From positions 1-25,092 of the IMG/VR virus record IMGVR_UViG_3300037420_000675: 25,092 nucleotides of DNA; one strand, 5' to 3'. Below the pieces are notes generated by a model. It saw only the letters and a program-made list of their open reading frames with translations, had not been told where the DNA came from and did not search any database. Numbering within the stretch: the stretch's first letter is position 1; the number at the start of each line of letters is the position of its first letter. The position numbers and the translations under genes were made by a program. The stretch is from a virus (lineage: Duplodnaviria; Caudoviricetes). Shown one piece after another: positions 15,045-23,668 of this stretch.

Positions 15045-16228
15045 TGTGTGGTCACGTAGGTATCGCAGGGGACTTGGCTTATAAAGACGAGCAGACAATG
15101 AAGCGTCTGCTTATCTATGATTACTTCAGGGGACCGGATAGCACCGGCTTCGCAGGCATCGGGCATGACGGCAACGCCAAGATTGCAAAAATCGCCAGCA
15201 ATCCTGTCGATTTATTCGACATGCAACGGTTCAAGGATGCCCTCAAGGGGCCACAGTGTAGTGTCTTTATCGGGCATAACCGATTGGCGACGCGTGGGAA
15301 CGTCAACAACATCAACGCCCACCCGTTTCAATTCGACCATATCATCGGAGCCCACAACGGGACGCTCGAAACCCGTGACAAGTGGGCGCTCGAAGATGCT
15401 CTCGGCGAGAAGTTCGACGTCGATAGTCAGGCCCTGTTTGCGGGCATCGCCAAGCTCGGCGTCGAGAACGTCATTCCGATGCTTCATTCCGGTGAACTCT
15501 CAACTAATTCATCGGCGTATGCTCTCGTCTGGTATAACCAGAATGAAGGCACGTTGAACTTTCTTAGGAACCGGCATCGTCCGCTGTGGTATGGTTTCGA
15601 GAAGGGCTTCAAGAAAATGTTTTGGGGCTCGGAATGGGAAATCATCGATAGCGCCGTCCGAGGTGGGGCGGCATATCAGATGTATGTCGAGGACGAGACG
15701 AAGTATAAATACTGGCCGTTCGATGAGGACGTCCATTATCGGTTCGACGTCAACGCCTTGAAGAAGGGTGGCGACACTCGTCCGAAGCCGAAGGCCCGTG
15801 AACTCAAGGGAAAGGAGCCGGTATCGGCGGGTTCTACCGGTGGTGGTTCGAACCCTTTTGGCCGTCAGAGCGCGGGTTTTCACAGAACGGAGGCATCTAC
15901 TTCGACGGGGAGTGGGTCGATGACGACCTACCGTGGGAAGTCGCACGGCACTACGTCCAAGGATAAGAAGTCCCCGGACTTTCTACATCTTCTCGGGGAT
16001 ATCAGTAGCCCGTTCGCCGGTTGGATTTCCGAGGAGAAATTCAACGAAATCGCTAAGTTCGGTTGCACTTGGTGCGGCGCAACTGTCGAATATGGCGAAC
16101 CCGGTCTAACGATTTACGACCGCGATGACATGGTTTTGTGTCCCGGATGCTCTGGCCATTCACCCGAGGAGACCGACCCGGCTATCCGTGTCTATGTCAA
16201 GGGTTCGCAAATCGACGCCTACGCATAA
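15044..16228 (+). CDS. Class II (Ntn) glutamine amidotransferase with C-terminal Zn ribbon
   Basis: MCG start, RGPDSTG, GHNRLAT, NAHPF, HNGT and DSQ motifs. C-terminal CTWC...CPGC. Confidence 0.92.
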   Translation: MCGHVGIAGDLAYKDEQTMKRLLIYDYFRGPDSTGFAGIGHDGNAKIAKIASNPVDLFDMQRFKDALKGPQCSVFIGHNRLATRGNVNNINAHPFQFDHIIGAHNGTLETRDKWALEDALGEKFDVDSQALFAGIAKLGVENVIPMLHSGELSTNSSAYALVWYNQNEGTLNFLRNRHRPLWYGFEKGFKKMFWGSEWEIIDSAVRGGAAYQMYVEDETKYKYWPFDEDVHYRFDVNALKKGGDTRPKPKARELKGKEPVSAGSTGGGSNPFGRQSAGFHRTEASTSTGSGSMTTYRGKSHGTTSKDKKSPDFLHLLGDISSPFAGWISEEKFNEIAKFGCTWCGATVEYGEPGLTIYDRDDMVLCPGCSGHSPEETDPAIRVYVKGSQIDAYA

Positions 16229-16270
16229 CTCTACCAAACCAAAGACGTCATCAAACGGAAGGAAACGAAA

Positions 16271-17176
16271 GTGAAGACAGAGGTTCTCGAAGCCAGAGAA
16301 GGCTTTAAGTTCGGCTGTGACCCGGAATGTTTTATCTTGAATACGGAGACGGGTAAACACGTCTCGGCTGAAGGCCTAATTCCAGGAACCAAGGGCGAAC
16401 CTTATCCCGTTAAGTTCGGAGCCGTTCAAGTCGACGGTATGGCGGCGGAGTTCAACATCGACCCGGTAACGAACTTCAAGGACTTCAACCGTAACATCCA
16501 AGCTGTCATCAACCAGCTTCAGAAGATGCTTCCTGCTAACCATGTCCTCGACTTTATTCCCGCCGTCGAGTTCGACCCGGAGGTTTTCGATGCTGCGCCC
16601 GATAAGGCCAAGGAACTCGGCTGTTCGCCGGACTTCAACGCGTGGACGGGGGAAGTTAACCCTCCGCCAGCGTATCCAAATAATCCGTTCCTCCGCACGG
16701 CTTCGGGGCACATTCACGTCGGATGGTGCGACGACGGCGACCTCACCGACGAACAACACCTGATGAATTGTCGCGACCTCGTGAAACAGTTCGATTGGTT
16801 TCTCGGTGGATGGTCGGTCACGGTTGATGCCGACCCGACACGCCGTAAACTCTACGGTCGTGCCGGTGCCTGTCGATACAAGACCTATGGTGTCGAATAT
16901 CGGGTGCTGTCGAACTTTTGGGTAAATGACCGTGCCAAGCGGCTCGCAGTCTGGAACCGGATGCAACTCGCTATCCATTCAATGGCGAAGCAGTTCATGC
17001 CCGACCTTGTTATGGCGGACTATAACTCGATGCTCCAGTTTGGCATCAACGACAGCAGGCTCGACGACCATCTCGTTCGGACCTATACGTATCCGTTGAT
17101 TGCGATGGAGCCTCCTCCTGTCACTTTCCGTGGTCGAAGTGCGAAGATGTCTTCGACGGGGATTAACCACTTCTGA
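16271..17176 (+). CDS. phiEco32-like COOH-NH2 ligase type 2 (GS fold)
   Basis: FGCDPE, QVDGMAAEFNI, GCSPDFNAW, RTASGHIHVG and RRKLYG.AG..R.K.YGVEYRVLSNFW. Confidence 0.9.
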   Translation: MKTEVLEAREGFKFGCDPECFILNTETGKHVSAEGLIPGTKGEPYPVKFGAVQVDGMAAEFNIDPVTNFKDFNRNIQAVINQLQKMLPANHVLDFIPAVEFDPEVFDAAPDKAKELGCSPDFNAWTGEVNPPPAYPNNPFLRTASGHIHVGWCDDGDLTDEQHLMNCRDLVKQFDWFLGGWSVTVDADPTRRKLYGRAGACRYKTYGVEYRVLSNFWVNDRAKRLAVWNRMQLAIHSMAKQFMPDLVMADYNSMLQFGINDSRLDDHLVRTYTYPLIAMEPPPVTFRGRSAKMSSTGINHF

Positions 17177-17177
17177 C

Positions 17178-17194
17178 TTGGCAAGTCTTGCCAA
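17178..17194. repeat. 17-bp palindrome copy 13
   Basis: TTGGCAAGTCTTGCCAA, between the stop at 17176 and ATG 17206. Confidence 0.92.
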
Positions 17195-17205
17195 AAGGGG
17201 AAATC

Positions 17206-17964
17206 ATGGCAAATCATCCTAATACGTTCGAGACGGTGAAGGAGGCGATGATGCGTCTCCGCCGGACTGTGGTGGTGTATGACGGCGAACCGTATATCGT
17301 CCTGCAAATCACCAATCACAAGCCGAATGGCATCTTTCGTATCTACCTTGAGCCAACAGGACGTGACCCGAACAATCGAAGAGCCAGGCCTGAACCCGAG
17401 CAATTTCCGCCGGAGCATTCCGGCATCGGACCTTACATGGACCAGTGGATGACGGAGCATCCTGACAGTGGTGTCATCCGTAAGGAAATGAACTCGCCGT
17501 TGTTTAACAAGTTCCGTCCGTATCCGCTCGGAATGTGCAACATCAAGGGCAGCGGGACTTACTACATCGAGCGGCAGCCGAACCGTAAGACAGAGCAGGG
17601 ATTGATTTCCTCCATGCTCTATGAGACGCCCATCTCTACGAGCCCGGCAAGGGTTAATCGTCACGGCGGAACTATCGATGTTTACGGGACGGCGTTCCGT
17701 GATTGTGTCATGGGGAAATACCCGACTGCGGCGGAGTGTCTGTCTAATCTTCTCGACCCGGACGTTACTAATGACGCAGCCGCGTTCAGTCGGGAGTTCG
17801 CCTTGGTGCGAGGACCGATTGATATTCTATTCGTCGCTTATAAGCATGACATCATCGGTATGCTGCCGACAAATGACTTCAGTTGCATCCGCCTAGGACG
17901 CGAGTTTCATCACACCAAGGAAGTCGTCGAAGCCCTTGGCGTTTTTCAGAGTATTCAAATGTGA
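17206..17964 (+). CDS. Hypothetical protein in amidoligase cluster
   Basis: 252 aa from ATG 17206 (RBS AAGGGG), between the two ligases. Confidence 0.8.
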   Translation: MANHPNTFETVKEAMMRLRRTVVVYDGEPYIVLQITNHKPNGIFRIYLEPTGRDPNNRRARPEPEQFPPEHSGIGPYMDQWMTEHPDSGVIRKEMNSPLFNKFRPYPLGMCNIKGSGTYYIERQPNRKTEQGLISSMLYETPISTSPARVNRHGGTIDVYGTAFRDCVMGKYPTAAECLSNLLDPDVTNDAAAFSREFALVRGPIDILFVAYKHDIIGMLPTNDFSCIRLGREFHHTKEVVEALGVFQSIQM

Positions 17965-17971
17965 GGTAACA

Positions 17972-19168
17972 ATGAACGACGTATTTGTTAAAAAAGAACG
18001 GAAGGTCGAGCCGGGCTACAACATGCGTATCGTCATGAACCGTAAGGCGACGGCGGGCGAGGTCGGCATTGAAATCGAAGTCGAGGGCAACAAGTTCCCC
18101 AAGCCCCCGGGGTTTGAGGGGTCGCATGTCGCCGTTAAACTCCCCGGCAGCAAATTCTGGTCATATGTCCACGACGGGTCGCTTCGGGGGCAAGATAACG
18201 CCGAGTATGTCTTGTCGAAGCCGATTGACTTCAGCAAGGCACCGGATGCAATCGCGGAAATCTATGGAGCCTTGGCGACACACGGTTCGATTATTGACGA
18301 CAGCAATCGGACGTCTGTACATGTCCACATGAATTGTCAGGAGTTTCATCTAAATCGGTTGACGTCGCTTATGGCGTTGTGGTTCACGTTCGAGGAAATC
18401 CTGACTGCATGGTGCGGCGAACATCGCGTTGGCAATCTATTCTGTCTGCGAGCGAAAGACGCCCCGGCAATCATCGCTCAGCTTCGAAGGTTCATCAAAA
18501 ATGACGGGCAAAGTCCTCTGTCTGAACATCTTCATTACGCCGGGTTGAATGCCCATGCCCTACACAAGTATGGGTCGATTGAAGTCAGGACGCTTCGCGG
18601 CTGTTCTGACCCGCAGACGGTTCTGGATTGGCTTAGCATTCTCGAACGTCTGTATAAACTATCGGCAGAGTTCGAAGACCCTCGGGGTATCTGTGCCCTG
18701 TTCTCGTCAGAAGGCCCAATGGCATTCTTCGAAAATGTCCTTGGCGACAAGACCGTCACGGTTCGCAGCGTTATCGACTTCACCGATGACCAAATCCGAG
18801 ATAGCATGTATGACGGGGTCCGTCTGGCTCAAGACCTTTGCTATTGTCGGGATTGGGGAACGTATAAGCCGGTTAAGCTTAAGCCCGACCCTTGGGGCCG
18901 TGACATGAAGAAGATTGCCAAGAAGCTTCAGTCGGCGGCTCCGATGAATATCGAGGAAGCCATTGCTCAGGTATCGAGTGACTACGACCCGGAACCGGAG
19001 TTTGACGACGACGCAAATGCCATGTCACAACTGGCGACATTAGCCCAACAGATATCTCCTAACCCCACCATGCCGCTGCTTCAACAAGTTCAACAAGTCA
19101 CCCCCGTAATCACCCCGTCCGATGGTTGGGCCGAAATCTATAATACTTTCGGAGGAAGTAATGGGTAA
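17972..19168 (+). CDS. Putative amidoligase (Amidoligase_2-like, GS/GCS fold)
   Basis: GIEIEVE, DGSLRG..AEYV, RTSVHVH, HYAGLN and GSIEVR motifs. RBS GAGGT before ATG 17972. Confidence 0.88.
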   Translation: MNDVFVKKERKVEPGYNMRIVMNRKATAGEVGIEIEVEGNKFPKPPGFEGSHVAVKLPGSKFWSYVHDGSLRGQDNAEYVLSKPIDFSKAPDAIAEIYGALATHGSIIDDSNRTSVHVHMNCQEFHLNRLTSLMALWFTFEEILTAWCGEHRVGNLFCLRAKDAPAIIAQLRRFIKNDGQSPLSEHLHYAGLNAHALHKYGSIEVRTLRGCSDPQTVLDWLSILERLYKLSAEFEDPRGICALFSSEGPMAFFENVLGDKTVTVRSVIDFTDDQIRDSMYDGVRLAQDLCYCRDWGTYKPVKLKPDPWGRDMKKIAKKLQSAAPMNIEEAIAQVSSDYDPEPEFDDDANAMSQLATLAQQISPNPTMPLLQQVQQVTPVITPSDGWAEIYNTFGGSNG

Positions 19169-19901
19169 GTTCTACGTCTATTCATCCCGTGCATCCAAGG
19201 GGGCTAGGGCACTCGCCAAAGCCCTCAAGGGTGTTCGGGTGAAGACTATCCCTCCACTCGCGCCGGGCGACACGCTCATCAATTGGGGAGACAGCAAGTG
19301 CAACCTGTTCAATCAGACGTTCAACAGCGGCCAGCTAGTTCGAACGATAGCCAACAAGCTAACGGCGTTCGATGCCTTCTCGTCGGCGAATGTGCCTATC
19401 CCGGCCTATGCTCGTCGAAAGGAAGATGTAACGTGGCAAGGCTTGACGGTAGTCCGCCACAAACTCACTGGGCACAGCGGGGAGGGTATTGAACTATGCG
19501 ATGCCTCTGATTTGCCCGATGCTCCTCTCTACGTCCGATACATCAAGAAGGAGGACGAATACCGTATCCATGTAGGCAGAAACGGGGATACATCTATCAG
19601 GGTTATCGCGGTCCAACGTAAAGCTCGAAGAAAGGATACACCCGATGCAAACGTCAACTGGAAAGTCCGAAACCACCAAAACGGCTTCGTATTCGTCCGC
19701 CATGACGTGTCTGCTCCTGAGCGTGTTATCGCTGCTGCTATCGACGCTCTCGCTTGCAGTGGTCTCGATTTTGGGGCCGTCGATGTAATATACAATAGAA
19801 AGGAGGGTAAGGCCTATGTCCTCGAAATCAATACTGCCCCCGGATTGGAGGGACAGACTATCGCCGATTATGCGGCTTTCTTTCGGGGAGATACCGAATG
19901 A
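19161..19901 (+). CDS. ATP-grasp peptide ligase (RimK/YheCD-like, phage type)
   Basis: INWG, ANK, GHSGEGI, EYRIHV, VRNH.NG, GLDFGAVD and LEINTAPG motifs. RBS GGAGG. Confidence 0.9.
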   Translation: MGKFYVYSSRASKGARALAKALKGVRVKTIPPLAPGDTLINWGDSKCNLFNQTFNSGQLVRTIANKLTAFDAFSSANVPIPAYARRKEDVTWQGLTVVRHKLTGHSGEGIELCDASDLPDAPLYVRYIKKEDEYRIHVGRNGDTSIRVIAVQRKARRKDTPDANVNWKVRNHQNGFVFVRHDVSAPERVIAAAIDALACSGLDFGAVDVIYNRKEGKAYVLEINTAPGLEGQTIADYAAFFRGDTE

Positions 19902-20101
19902 CCCGGCATTGTCCACTTTGCAGCACACCCCTGACTTCATACCCCCCGATTGCAATCTGTTGCGACAACCCGACTTGTCCGGTCGAAGATGATTGCGACC
20001 TGTGGTATGTCGCTTCGGATGGAACTTGGAAGAAACAAGAGTGGATGCAAACTCCGACAGGACCAAATCAATGGTATTTAACTTTGACAGAAAAGGTTTA
20101 G
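19898..20101 (+). CDS. Small Cys-rich (Zn-finger-like) protein
   Basis: CPLC...CCDNPTC, with an ATGA overlap. Confidence 0.6.
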   Translation: MTRHCPLCSTPLTSYPPIAICCDNPTCPVEDDCDLWYVASDGTWKKQEWMQTPTGPNQWYLTLTEKV

Positions 20102-20114
20102 GCAATCTCCTCTC

Positions 20115-20143
20115 TTGATTTAGAGGATCATTACTGCTATAAT
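20115..20143 (+). promoter_or_regulatory. sigma70 promoter
   Basis: TTGATT-17bp-TATAAT with an extended TG. Confidence 0.7.
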
Positions 20144-20223
20144 CTATTCGGGCGGGAATCAAGATGACCCGCCATGTGTTCGAAAGCGGGGAGGGGTTAG
20201 CGCCCCTCCTGTGGAGATGTAAA

Positions 20224-20439
20224 ATGAAGTGCAATATCTGTGACGCCCCCCTTCCTGAGCCGAAATTCGTGGAAGGAGTTAAGGGCAACTTCGACCCATG
20301 CGACAGGTGCATGACAGTAATCGAAGACACCCTCGCCGGATACCTAGACCAACCATCCGCCGCTGAGGACGATTTGGGTGGCCCCGACCCACTTTTCGAG
20401 GAACTCTATCCGACTTCCTACGACCCATTCGGGGAATAA
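20224..20439 (+). CDS. Small Zn-finger protein with acidic tail
   Basis: 71 aa from ATG 20224 (RBS GGAG). MKCNICD...PCDRC and a D/E-rich C-terminus. Confidence 0.7.
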   Translation: MKCNICDAPLPEPKFVEGVKGNFDPCDRCMTVIEDTLAGYLDQPSAAEDDLGGPDPLFEELYPTSYDPFGE

Positions 20440-20441
20440 TC

Positions 20442-20606
20442 ATGAACATTCCCTACGGCACTCGCCGCGTAGGGATTAACGGCAAGATAGAAGTATATGG
20501 CCCGGACCCTTGGGCGTATATCTACGATTTTCCTTGCTGGTTTTATCTCGATGCATACATCAAGGACTTTGGAAAGGAGCCCCCTCTGCCAGTAAAAAGT
20601 TCTTGA
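20442..20606 (+). CDS. Small hypothetical protein (54 aa, not in ORF track)
   Basis: RBS GGGGA, MNIPYGTRRVGINGKIEVY... Confidence 0.45.
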   Translation: MNIPYGTRRVGINGKIEVYGPDPWAYIYDFPCWFYLDAYIKDFGKEPPLPVKSS

Positions 20607-20630
20607 CAAATCTAAAAAACCCTGTATAAT
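20603..20630 (+). promoter_or_regulatory. sigma70 promoter upstream of replication genes
   Basis: TTGACA-16bp-TATAAT. Confidence 0.75.
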
Positions 20631-20670
20631 ATCCTTATCAGCCAAGCGGTAAACACCCCTCTGATAAGAC

Positions 20671-20687
20671 TTGGCAAGGCTTGCCAA
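20671..20687. repeat. 17-bp palindrome copy 14
   Basis: TTGGCAAGGCTTGCCAA, about 40 bp downstream of the promoter -10. Confidence 0.92.
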
Positions 20688-20836
20688 TGCACCTTCAATA
20701 CATACGTGGTCAATGGAATGCCTTTGACCGAATACTAACCCTCCTAAATACTATCGACGTCCCTGAAGACATCTCCGCAGACAAGATGCGTCGGCGGATT
20801 TATCATCTCGTGTTCGATATGAAACCGAAGGAATAG
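20687..20836 (+). CDS. Small hypothetical protein (49 aa, not in ORF track)
   Basis: MHLQYIRGQWNAFDRIL...MKPKE. Fills the gap and ends 2 nt before the next ATG. Confidence 0.45.
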   Translation: MHLQYIRGQWNAFDRILTLLNTIDVPEDISADKMRRRIYHLVFDMKPKE

Positions 20837-20838
20837 GC

Positions 20839-21021
20839 ATGTCACGTAATCCGTCTGAACTTCAACGGCTAATTGAGGAACATATTCACTTAATAGAGAG
20901 GCTCGTTATAATTCCTGCCCCTAAGGCAGTCAAAGAAAACTGGCTGAAAGAGCTTCGTGCTATTGAACGTGAACTCGGTATCAAAGGAGTGCCCTATAAT
21001 GCTTCGGAGTTCGGCTCATGA
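20839..21021 (+). CDS. Hypothetical protein
   Basis: 60 aa, RBS AAGGA, ATGA overlap downstream. Confidence 0.65.
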   Translation: MSRNPSELQRLIEEHIHLIERLVIIPAPKAVKENWLKELRAIERELGIKGVPYNASEFGS

Positions 21022-21473
21022 AGATTTTGTTCCTAGATATTGATGGTGTCGTTCTACCGGGACGTGCTTATGGAATTCCGGGACAAACTCATCCAATTGT
21101 TAAGAAGTTTGACCCTTGTGCCGTGGCTCTTCTAAATGCCATATGTGAGCAGGCTGGCTACAAAATCGTAATCCACTCGTCGTGGCTGCGGTATTACGCC
21201 GAGAACCTTCCCGGCACAGTCAAGGACCACTGCGTCGAACAGGGTATCAAGGAAGAACTCTTCCATGAAGACCCTCACTGTCTCGGCACTATTCATTGGC
21301 GCTATGACCGTGTAGATGAGTGGCTGAGCCGACACCCTGAAGTCACAGAGTTTGTGATACTAGACGACGAGCCGTGCCTAGAAGGATGGGTTTGGGCGTC
21401 TCGGCTAATCAACACTGACTTCGATGAGGGCATTACAGTAGAGATTTACAGGAGGCTGACTACTGTCAAGTAA
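21018..21473 (+). CDS. HAD-superfamily protein (HAD_SAK_2-like)
   Basis: ILFLDIDGV (DxD), IVIHSSW and FVILDD motifs. Confidence 0.85.
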   Translation: MKILFLDIDGVVLPGRAYGIPGQTHPIVKKFDPCAVALLNAICEQAGYKIVIHSSWLRYYAENLPGTVKDHCVEQGIKEELFHEDPHCLGTIHWRYDRVDEWLSRHPEVTEFVILDDEPCLEGWVWASRLINTDFDEGITVEIYRRLTTVK

Positions 21474-23109
21474 ATTTGAATATCACGGCCCCTGTGACGA
21501 ATGTGGGTCGTCCGATGGGGTGGGATGGTATGACGACGGGCATGGCGTCTGCTTTGTCTGCGAACACTACTACCCACCTAACTCTAATAACAAAAGAGAG
21601 GCAAAGAAACTGCCCGATAACAATCCTGTGACACCGGTCACTGACGTCTTCCGAGGAATTCCCCGTCGGGGTTTGCCAGAGGAAGCAATCCGCAAATACC
21701 AAATCGATGTCTGTGTCGACAAGACCCTCGACGTCGCCCACCGATATCCGTATTTCAAAGACGGTATCCATACGGGCAACAAGGTTCGAAAGCGAACCGA
21801 GAAGTCCTTTTATTGGGAAGGTTCGAATGATGGTGAACTCTTTGGTCAGCACTTGTTTCCGCCCGGCCAGAAAGCCATTACTGTTGTCGAAGGGGAACTC
21901 GATGCCCCCTCCGCATGGGTTCTTTTGGGTAGCCGTTACCCTGTTGTCAGCGTTTGCAGTTCTGGTTCGGCACTGAATGACTGTAAACGGAACTACGAAT
22001 ATCTGAATTCATTCGAAGATATCGTCCTATGCTTCGATGCGGATGAAGCCAAGACCCGTCCTGACGGGACTGTTTTCTATCCGGGGCAGGATGCCGCCAA
22101 GAAAGTAGCCGAACTATTCGCGCCCGGTAAGTGTCGTATCCTGACGCTTCAGAACGGCAAAGACCCCAATGAATACCGGCAGAAGGGTATCGAACCTCGC
22201 GTCTTTGTTAACGAATGGTGGCAGGCACCGAAGTTCACGCCAGACGGTCTTATCATGGGGCCAGATATGTGGGATAAGATTATCAATCGCCCACAGCACT
22301 TCCAGACGAACTACCCATTCGTCGGTGTTAACGCCATGACCTATGGCATTCGGTTGTCGGAACTTACGGTTATTAACGCCCCGACCGGCGTTGGTAAGAC
22401 GTCCTTTCTCAAAGAGGTTGAGTACGGGCTACTCACTGCTCCCGAGGTTATCGAGAAGGGATACGGTGTCGGCTTCTTGCATCTCGAAGAACTGGACACT
22501 GACTTGGCTCTCGGTCTCATGTCAATTCACCGTAACAAGAGGTATAACCTCCCGGACACGGAGAAAACGGCTGACGAACTTCGAAGTGCATATGACGAAA
22601 TCATCAATACTTCGCGTGTCGTTATCTACGACCACTTTGGTTCGAATGAGATTGATAGCATCATCGCCAAAGTCAGACATATGGCAGCGCTCGGGTGTAA
22701 GTATATCGTTCTCGACCACCTGAGTATTGTCGTTTCCGACCAATCCGGTGACGAAAGGAAACAGCTTGATGAGATTACTACCAAGCTTAAAACCCTTTGT
22801 ATGGAAGCCAACATCGCGCTTATCGCTGTCATTCATCAAAACCGCCAAGGGCAAATCCGTGGGACTGCGGGTGTCGAACAGTTGGCGAATATTATTCTAC
22901 GACTGGAACGTGACCTCATCTCGCCGGACCCGTGGCGTCGAAATGTCACTAAGGTTTGGGTTGAGAAGAATAGGTTTTGTGGTCGAACCGGACCCGCTGC
23001 GTGGCTATTCTTCGATGATATCACCGGAAGGATGATTGAACTCGACGACATAGCCGTGACCAAATATGAGGAAGGACTTTCAATCAGTGACGCAGACATC
23101 CCCTTCTAA
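21463..23109 (+). CDS. T7 gp4-like primase-helicase (CTG start)
   Basis: Zn finger HGPCDECGSSD...DGHGVCFVC, TOPRIM VEGELDA/FDAD/KDPNE, and helicase APTGVGKT, LEE, LDHL, RGT, KNRFCG motifs. Confidence 0.93.
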   Translation: MSSKFEYHGPCDECGSSDGVGWYDDGHGVCFVCEHYYPPNSNNKREAKKLPDNNPVTPVTDVFRGIPRRGLPEEAIRKYQIDVCVDKTLDVAHRYPYFKDGIHTGNKVRKRTEKSFYWEGSNDGELFGQHLFPPGQKAITVVEGELDAPSAWVLLGSRYPVVSVCSSGSALNDCKRNYEYLNSFEDIVLCFDADEAKTRPDGTVFYPGQDAAKKVAELFAPGKCRILTLQNGKDPNEYRQKGIEPRVFVNEWWQAPKFTPDGLIMGPDMWDKIINRPQHFQTNYPFVGVNAMTYGIRLSELTVINAPTGVGKTSFLKEVEYGLLTAPEVIEKGYGVGFLHLEELDTDLALGLMSIHRNKRYNLPDTEKTADELRSAYDEIINTSRVVIYDHFGSNEIDSIIAKVRHMAALGCKYIVLDHLSIVVSDQSGDERKQLDEITTKLKTLCMEANIALIAVIHQNRQGQIRGTAGVEQLANIILRLERDLISPDPWRRNVTKVWVEKNRFCGRTGPAAWLFFDDITGRMIELDDIAVTKYEEGLSISDADIPF

Positions 23110-23668
23110 GGGCGGAAGAACGTGGGTCACGGCTGACCCGCATTTCGGACACGCCAACATCTGCAAGTTCACGAATTACGACGGTACGAAAATGCGTCCG
23201 TGGGATGACGTGGATGAAATGGATGCGGCGTTGATTTCGAACTGGAACGAACTCGTCCATCCACAGGACCGGGTGTATCTACTTGGCGACGTAACCTTCA
23301 CGGCTGCGAACATGCACAAGTATGTCCCCCAACTCAATGGGAGGATTTGTCTTATTCCGGGCAACCACGAGCCGACAAAGATGAAGAAGTATTTCGAACT
23401 CTTCGACGACGTTCGTGGCTATGTCCAGCGCAAGGGGTTCGTGATGTCCCATATCCCTCTGCACCCAGAAAGTCTGGGCCGGTGGGGTCTGAACATTCAC
23501 GGTCACCTTCACAACAACCGTGTCAAGCGGGAAGACGGAACGACCGACCCTCGCTATTTCTGCGCCTCGGTCGAGCAGACGAACTACCGCCCTGTCGAAC
23601 TAACTCAAGTCCTAGAATGGTGTGAACGACGTGTATCTAACCCCAACCAGTTGCCATTGGGCCTGTGA
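23066..23668 (+). CDS. Calcineurin-like metallophosphoesterase
   Basis: ADPHFGH, LLGD, GNHE, SHIP and HGHLH motifs. The start may be GTG 23087. Confidence 0.9.
   Translation: MRKDFQSVTQTSPSKGGRTWVTADPHFGHANICKFTNYDGTKMRPWDDVDEMDAALISNWNELVHPQDRVYLLGDVTFTAANMHKYVPQLNGRICLIPGNHEPTKMKKYFELFDDVRGYVQRKGFVMSHIPLHPESLGRWGLNIHGHLHNNRVKREDGTTDPRYFCASVEQTNYRPVELTQVLEWCERRVSNPNQLPLGL

Noticed and set aside
5063-20687. 17-bp palindrome as a sigma54 promoter (TTGGCA...TTGC)
   Set aside because: The GG-to-GC spacing is 8 nt, whereas sigma54 needs GG-N10-GC. Perfect dyad symmetry is also not a sigma54 feature.
5063-20687. Palindrome copies as a CRISPR array or integron attC sites
   Set aside because: The repeats are only 17 bp and separated by 140-3500 bp of genes. 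There are no cas genes, no attC R/L-box architecture and no integrase in view.
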